DNA of 64,000 bases. It comes from Dehalococcoidia bacterium (lineage in GTDB: Bacteria; Chloroflexota; Dehalococcoidia; DSTF01; JALHUB01). The stretch spans positions 269,480-333,479 of the forward strand of contig JASEFU010000002.1 of NCBI GenBank assembly GCA_030018455.1, given 5' to 3'. This document shows, one piece after another, positions 58,951-64,000 of this stretch. Each line of letters begins with the position of its first letter. Positions within the stretch are counted from its first letter, which is position 1. The position numbers and the translations under genes are program-made. The notes under the pieces were generated by a model. The model did not search any database and was not told the DNA's origin. It saw only the letters and a list, made by a program, of their open reading frames with translations.

Positions 58951-59556
58951 CTATTCGACCTCCTCTTCCCCTTCGTCCTCTACGTCATCGCCGTCCTCAA
59001 CCGTCGCGTCGCCGCCCTTCTTGCCCTTGCTGAAATCAGGCGGGCCGCGCTCGACCGCGTGACAGGGGACGTTGACTTGCTTGCCGCTGGGCGTGGTCTT
59101 CACCACCGTCTCGCCCTTCTCGCAGGTGCCGTCGCCGTTCTCCGGCCCGAAGTTGGGGTTCTCGTCCGGTATGCCGACTGTCTCGCGCGGTAGGTCTTCG
59201 TCCTCACCGTCTTCGACTTCGCCGTCGGTTTCAGTCTCATCGACGCCGTCCTCAGTTTCGTCAGCGTCTTCATCGACGGTGCCGTCGTCCTCGGTGTCGC
59301 CGTCGGTTTCCTCTGTGGTCCCGTCGGTATCCGTGTCCGTCTGATCGACGTCGCCCTCGGTGTCACCGGATGTCTCGTCTCCGGTTGCGCCGTCATCCGT
59401 GACGCCGTCGTCGGTCTCCGTCGCTACCGTGTCCGCCGACGTGCCGGGCAGCACGTCCTGCGAAGCGAACGCGCCGACGGCGGCGCCCATTGCAAGCACT
59501 GCTACTACGATGCCGATGGACGCTTTGTGGCTCAGAAATGCCGGCAATATCCTCAT
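58951..59556 (-). CDS. Secreted highly acidic low-complexity protein (Asp/Glu/Thr/Gly-rich)
   Basis: A signal peptide, then about 120 aa of TDDG/ETDG-type acidic repeats, and a C-terminal segment with two Cys. Confidence 0.5.
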   Translation of the reverse strand: MRILPAFLSHKASIGIVVAVLAMGAAVGAFASQDVLPGTSADTVATETDDGVTDDGATGDETSGDTEGDVDQTDTDTDGTTEETDGDTEDDGTVDEDADETEDGVDETETDGEVEDGEDEDLPRETVGIPDENPNFGPENGDGTCEKGETVVKTTPSGKQVNVPCHAVERGPPDFSKGKKGGDATVEDGDDVEDEGEEEVE

Positions 59557-59728
59557 CCGCTCACCTCCTCCAAAATTGGGGTCATTTTATCAATCGGAAC
59601 AACCCTTCTCAATCTGTGATCGTGAACGCTCTCGAAGCGCCCTCTCGGATCTCATGCGTTTCCTGGAATCGGTCGCCTGAACACGGCGGGCGGGTCTCTT
59701 CCTGGCCCGCCCTGGTTGACACGGCAGG

Positions 59729-60727
59729 TCACACGTAGACTGGGTCGAGGTAGACAGAGCGCTCGATGGCCGCGGGCGTGGGAATTCCGGGCGCGATGAT
59801 CTGGAAGAGCGTCGTCGAGTGGGGCAGCGGCTCCATCAGGCCAAACAGGCGGCCCTCCACCGCCAGCGAGACCATAAGCTCGTTTCGGCCGCGGTCAGCC
59901 GCGAGCTTCATCAGCTCCAGGAACACCGCCAGCATCGCCTCTTCGTGGCCTTCAGCGTAGCCGTAGTCGAGCACGAATGCGGGCGCGGAGACGTGCTCTT
60001 CGCCCGTCGCCTTGAGCCGCTCGATGATTTTCAGGCAGCAGCCGAAGTCCCAGAAGCCGGCGGCGGCCACCAGCTCTCCGCCCAGCCAGTAGCCGCGCCA
60101 GTGACGCCAGCCGTAAGTCGGGCTGAGGCTGAGACGCCGCGCGAGGAACTCGGTGGTGTAGGGCATGAACATCTCGCGGCCGGCGTGCGTGCGGTTTATC
60201 AGGTCGACGATGCAGCGCGACTCGTCGAGGCCGACCGCTTTCACGTGTTCGTCCGCCGTTTGCCCCGCGGCCGTCACGTCGAAGGCATCGAGCCGGCCCT
60301 GGGCGGGCCAGCTTTCCATGTTCAGGCGCTCCCCAAACGCGAGCGACGTCTTGTTGTCGGGGCTGATGAGCCAGTAAGGCGTGTCGACGTTGGCGTCCAT
60401 TGTCAGCGCGATGTTCTTCAGAACGAGATCGGTGGCTACGTGGCGGCGCCGGTATTCGGGAAGGATGCGGCCCTGGTGGATATACAGCAGGCGCCGCCGC
60501 TGCCCCTCGACCAACGCGTCGTGCCAGGCGCCCGCCACCACGCCGATGAGGTCGCCGTCCTCCTCCGCCACGACGACGTGTCCGTGCTCCTGCATCTCCT
60601 GGTGAACAAAGAAATTGGGCGCGCGATCGAAGAACAGCAACCGGTCGCCGAGGTCGAGCGGGGCGCCCAGCTCCATTTCGATGAGGGCGTCGTTGTCGTC
60701 CGGTCGGGCTTCTCTGACGATATGCAC
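59729..60727 (-). CDS. Hypothetical protein with an N-terminal GNAT-like acetyltransferase fold
   Basis: 332 aa. The N-terminal about 150 aa have GNAT-like topology (…VVAEEDGDLIGVVAGAW…LYIHQGRILPEYRRRHVATDLVL…). The C-terminal domain is unassigned. Confidence 0.45.
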   Translation of the reverse strand: MHIVREARPDDNDALIEMELGAPLDLGDRLLFFDRAPNFFVHQEMQEHGHVVVAEEDGDLIGVVAGAWHDALVEGQRRRLLYIHQGRILPEYRRRHVATDLVLKNIALTMDANVDTPYWLISPDNKTSLAFGERLNMESWPAQGRLDAFDVTAAGQTADEHVKAVGLDESRCIVDLINRTHAGREMFMPYTTEFLARRLSLSPTYGWRHWRGYWLGGELVAAAGFWDFGCCLKIIERLKATGEEHVSAPAFVLDYGYAEGHEEAMLAVFLELMKLAADRGRNELMVSLAVEGRLFGLMEPLPHSTTLFQIIAPGIPTPAAIERSVYLDPVYV

Positions 60728-60770
60728 GGCAGGAGAATACTAGATCATTCGCCGGATGCAGACAAAGCCC

Positions 60771-63700
60771 CTACTCGTAACGGAGCGCTTCGGCGATGGG
60801 GATGCCCGCCGCCTGCCGCGACGGGATGAACGTCATCACCAGCGACGCAATGTAGGCGAAAAGGCAGATAAAGGAAAGCTCCAGCCAGGGGATGTAGAAC
60901 CCCTTAATCCCCGTCGCCGCGAACTCGTCACTCGTTATGAGGAAGTACGACAGCAGGATCGCCAGCCCGAGCCCCGACAGGATGCCCAGCAGGGTGACGA
61001 AAGATGACTCCATCAGGAGGCTCAGCGCCACGGTGCCGCGCGAGTAACCTATCGCCCGCAGCATCCCGATCTGCTGTCTTCGCTCCACCACGGTTCGGAA
61101 GGCGATGACGCCAACGGCGGCAATCCCCACAATCAGGCCAAGGCCCATGAAGCCCTGCATCAGGTACTGCAGCCCCCGGAAGAGCGCCTGGTCGCTCTCG
61201 CGCTCCGCCTTGATGGAAGACGCCTGCGCCCCGGACGTGAACAGCGCCGCTTCGATTGCCTTCGCCGTGTCCTCGGCAGCCCCCGGGTCGGAGAGCCTGA
61301 TCACATAGGTCGAGTACTCCGGCTGCCCGAAGACCTCCTGGATGAAGCGCTGGGAAGTAATGAGGCCGCCGAAGGTGGAGAAAGGGCCCATTCCCGTGGC
61401 GCCGACGTTGAGGACGCCCACGAGCGTCACCTCGCCGACCACTGCCGTCGCCCTGTCGCGCACCTGGATGGTAATGGGATCGAATTCGGTGGTCTGGGCG
61501 TCGATGCCATCAAGCCGGAAGATTTCCATCCCGCCGCCGAACCCGAAGTCCTGTGGTATCGCGCTGTTGTCGATTACCGCCAGGTTGCGGTTCGACCGCA
61601 CGGCCTGCCACACTGCTTCGTCGCTGACGTAGCCCCTGGCGCGCGCCTGTAGCCCCAGCCTCGTATCTGCGAGGAACTCCTCGTCCGCGCCCTTCACCAC
61701 GAAGAAGCTGAATTCCTCCTGCCCCCTCTGCCGCAACTCCGTAGCGAAGGGCTGCGCGATGTCCAGCCTGCCGACGTCGGCGAAGGCGTCGGTGTTGACG
61801 GAGCCCTCCGCCTCCAGGGCCGCGCGCAGGTCGCCCAGGGGGTTGTTCGGGTTTTCGATGACTTCGATGTCCCAGCCGCCGCGCGACTCCTCGCTCAGGA
61901 ATAGCCGGTCGAAATTCGCGTTCATTGCCGACATCATCGTCAGAGCGAAGACAACGAGCGCGATCATGGCCATTGTCATGCCGGTACGGAATTTGCTCGC
62001 CAGCGGGTATGCCACGGCCGTCTTCAACGCGGGGAGTATGCGTGTCATCCGGCTCCCCAGCAGCGTGAAGAAGTGGAGGAGAAGGTCGGCGTTGTAGACG
62101 ATAACGAAAGTGGCGGCGGCGACCATTGTGATCCCGCTCAAGAAAAATATCTCTACCCCGCCGGCCATCTCACGGTTGGCAGTCAGGAATTCAGGCAGGT
62201 GGCCGCCCGCTCCCAGGAGCCACCACACGAGCAGGATGAGCCCCGTGGCCGTGAATAAAGGCCGTTCCGGCAGCCGCGCGTAGCGTCCGCCGATAGCGAC
62301 CGCGAACATGATTAGCGAGAAGCCGAAGGCGTACGGGAATAGCTGCTCGACTGAGACGCCCGTGAACATCAGGAACGCCCCGAAGAGGATGAGGACAATG
62401 GCGGAGAGGAGGGTCCGCCAGCCCGGCCGCGATTCCGGCTCCGGCAGGTCGCGGATGGCGCGCACGATGTTGAGGCTGCTCGCCCGCCATGAGGCGAAGA
62501 CGACGGTCAGGAACGTCATCACCACGCCGAGAGAATACGAGATGATGAGGCTGCGGGCGGTCACGTTCGGCTCGACGCTGATGTCGAACTCGGAGAAGAC
62601 TGCGGCCATCACGCCGGTAAGCAGCAGCGACACGAGGACGCCCAGCATCACGCCTACCGCCGCCGACAGCAGGTTGTAGCCCATGCCCTCCGACATGAAC
62701 ATCTGCACCAGGTGGCGGCGCTTCGTGCCCACCGCTCGCGATATGCCCATCTCCGTCTTTCGCTCGGCTGCGAGCATCACGAAGATCATGATGATGAGCA
62801 GGATGCCCGCCGCTATGGAGAACAGCCCCAGGATGATGAAGAAGGTCATTATTCCGTTGCCGAACTCCTCGGCGAACTCCAGGTTCTCCTGCTTCGTCGG
62901 CTCCACCGTGAGATCGAGCCGCTGCTGCTCGATAGCCGTCTCCAGCCTCTCGACCACCTGATCGGTCACGCCGACGGAGTCGCGGACACCGCCGGTGTTC
63001 GAGATGACAACGAAATCGACGTTGCCCTCGCGCCCGAAGAGACGCTGAAGCACGTCCAGCCGCGCGGCTATTCCGCTCCTCGACTCGAAGCCCACGGCGC
63101 CCGTCACCGCCTTGTCCTGGACGACTTCGGCGACGCGGAAGCGCAGCGGCTCGCCTCTGAAGTAGACGGTGACCGTGTCGCCGGCTTGCACGTCCAGTTC
63201 GTCGGCCGCGCTCTCGTTGAGGTAGACTTCGTCTTCGGCGAGATCGCCCACGCGGAGGGTTCGACCGTCGAGGGAGACGACGTCGGGGAACGCCTCCATG
63301 CGCTCGGGATCGAGACCGACCATTCCCACGTTCGGTATCGAGAGCCGCGTCTCCTCGTTCACCGCCGGTACCCGCTCGAGCAGCACCGGCGCCATGCCGT
63401 CGATGTCCGGGTCGGCGCTTGTGACCGCCTCCAGGTCATCGACGACGGCGCTGGGGATCGTCAGATCGCTTCCGGCGAAGGCGACGCCTTCCGCCTGCGT
63501 CTCGAACTGCACGATCTCGTCGACGTGCCCCAGGACGTCGTATGCCGTCTTGGTGATCGTGTGGTCGACCGTGTCGCCGGTGGTGAAGGCGGCAGAGACG
63601 ATAAGGGTGCTGAGCATGAGCCCGATGATTATCAGCACGGTTTGGGCCACGCGCCGCGGTATGTTGCGCAGTCCGATGAGGAACATGACGCGATTGCGGA

Positions 63701-63794
63701 ACGCTGTGAAAGCGACGGTGAAGAGCGCGATCGCGAGGAGGACGATCATGGCGATCATGATCGAGTTCATCGGAATGCCGAAGAGACTGTCCAC
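60771..63794 (-). CDS. ABC transporter permease with two FtsX-like domains (MacB/YbbP-type, about 10 TM)
   Basis: 1007 aa. FtsX-family 4-TM modules sit at both ends with large extracytoplasmic domains. GTG start with a GGGAGG RBS. It is preceded by an ABC ATPase gene. Confidence 0.85.
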   Translation of the reverse strand: MDSLFGIPMNSIMIAMIVLLAIALFTVAFTAFRNRVMFLIGLRNIPRRVAQTVLIIIGLMLSTLIVSAAFTTGDTVDHTITKTAYDVLGHVDEIVQFETQAEGVAFAGSDLTIPSAVVDDLEAVTSADPDIDGMAPVLLERVPAVNEETRLSIPNVGMVGLDPERMEAFPDVVSLDGRTLRVGDLAEDEVYLNESAADELDVQAGDTVTVYFRGEPLRFRVAEVVQDKAVTGAVGFESRSGIAARLDVLQRLFGREGNVDFVVISNTGGVRDSVGVTDQVVERLETAIEQQRLDLTVEPTKQENLEFAEEFGNGIMTFFIILGLFSIAAGILLIIMIFVMLAAERKTEMGISRAVGTKRRHLVQMFMSEGMGYNLLSAAVGVMLGVLVSLLLTGVMAAVFSEFDISVEPNVTARSLIISYSLGVVMTFLTVVFASWRASSLNIVRAIRDLPEPESRPGWRTLLSAIVLILFGAFLMFTGVSVEQLFPYAFGFSLIMFAVAIGGRYARLPERPLFTATGLILLVWWLLGAGGHLPEFLTANREMAGGVEIFFLSGITMVAAATFVIVYNADLLLHFFTLLGSRMTRILPALKTAVAYPLASKFRTGMTMAMIALVVFALTMMSAMNANFDRLFLSEESRGGWDIEVIENPNNPLGDLRAALEAEGSVNTDAFADVGRLDIAQPFATELRQRGQEEFSFFVVKGADEEFLADTRLGLQARARGYVSDEAVWQAVRSNRNLAVIDNSAIPQDFGFGGGMEIFRLDGIDAQTTEFDPITIQVRDRATAVVGEVTLVGVLNVGATGMGPFSTFGGLITSQRFIQEVFGQPEYSTYVIRLSDPGAAEDTAKAIEAALFTSGAQASSIKAERESDQALFRGLQYLMQGFMGLGLIVGIAAVGVIAFRTVVERRQQIGMLRAIGYSRGTVALSLLMESSFVTLLGILSGLGLAILLSYFLITSDEFAATGIKGFYIPWLELSFICLFAYIASLVMTFIPSRQAAGIPIAEALRYE

Positions 63795-63813
63795 CGCCGT
63801 CCTCCCGGGCCGC

Positions 63814-64000
63814 TCAGCGGCTTTCCTGGCCGTTGTTGCGTTTTTCGTCGACGATGAGGCCGTCGATCATGTAGACGGTGCGATGAGCGCGGGCGGCGAT
63901 GTTCGGGTCATGGGTGACGAGCACGAACGTCTGCTGCCTTTTTGCGTTGAGCTCGCAGATGAGGTCCATTATTTCCTGGGCGTTTGTGCTGTCGAGGTCG
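63814..64000 (-). CDS. ABC transporter ATP-binding protein, C-terminal end (MacB/LolD-type ATPase); the gene continues beyond the window
   Basis: Reverse translation reads ...DLDSTNAQEIMDLICELNAKRQQTFVLVTHDPNIAARAHRTVYMIDGLIVDEKRNNGQESR*. This is the D-loop/H-loop region of an ABC ATPase. Confidence 0.8.
   Translation of the reverse strand, partial: DLDSTNAQEIMDLICELNAKRQQTFVLVTHDPNIAARAHRTVYMIDGLIVDEKRNNGQESR

Overview
This is a high-GC (roughly 65-70%) bacterial chromosomal segment, densely packed with housekeeping genes. The lineage is only a guess from GC content and gene content: Chloroflexota/Thermomicrobia-like or an actinobacterium-like organism.

Supported content, in window order:
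- The 5' end of the division/cell-wall cluster on the minus strand: mraZ, rsmH, ftsL, ftsI, then murF with no murE between them. A sigma70-like promoter overlaps four 10-bp-phased GTGG direct repeats, which look like an MraZ operator.
- mogA-trmD-rplS, def, cca and secD/secF.
- An orphan selB (selenocysteine elongation factor) flanked by a GtrA-like gene.
- A two-gene membrane/secreted module of unknown function whose 3' end carries a frameshifted dockerin-like segment.
- A GGCT/AIG2-like gene, an HDAC-family deacetylase gene, hemW and aspS.
- A peptide-type ABC operon with a substrate-binding protein and two permeases but no ATPase.
- tig-clpP-clpX.
- A UbiA-family prenyltransferase gene divergent from tlyA-nadK-GNAT-NUDIX.
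- A HepT/MntA toxin-antitoxin pair.
- A TCA-cycle island: sdhABCD, class I fumarase alpha and beta subunits, mdh and aconitase.
- An acyl-CoA carboxyltransferase gene, a LysM lipoprotein gene, larE-like, an HD-GYP phosphodiesterase, rplY, fmt, a SAM hydroxide adenosyltransferase, a second peptide substrate-binding protein, secG, a yvcK-like gene with an N-terminal membrane extension, and gatB.
- A tRNA array on the minus strand (Trp-CCA, Leu-GAG, Cys-GCA, Leu-UAA).
- A beta-lactamase-fold hydrolase gene, an acidic secreted protein gene, a GNAT-like gene, and a MacB/FtsX-type ABC permease with the 3' end of its ATPase gene.

The most unusual structure lies directly downstream of tRNA-Leu(UAA). 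It is a perfect 298-bp tandem duplication. Each unit carries a truncated GIY-YIG nuclease-like ORF and a degenerate tRNA-Leu-like module. That module shares the exact 28-nt 3' end of the adjacent tRNA.

Many long ORFs in the six-frame track are antisense artefacts of GC-rich coding sequence and are rejected.
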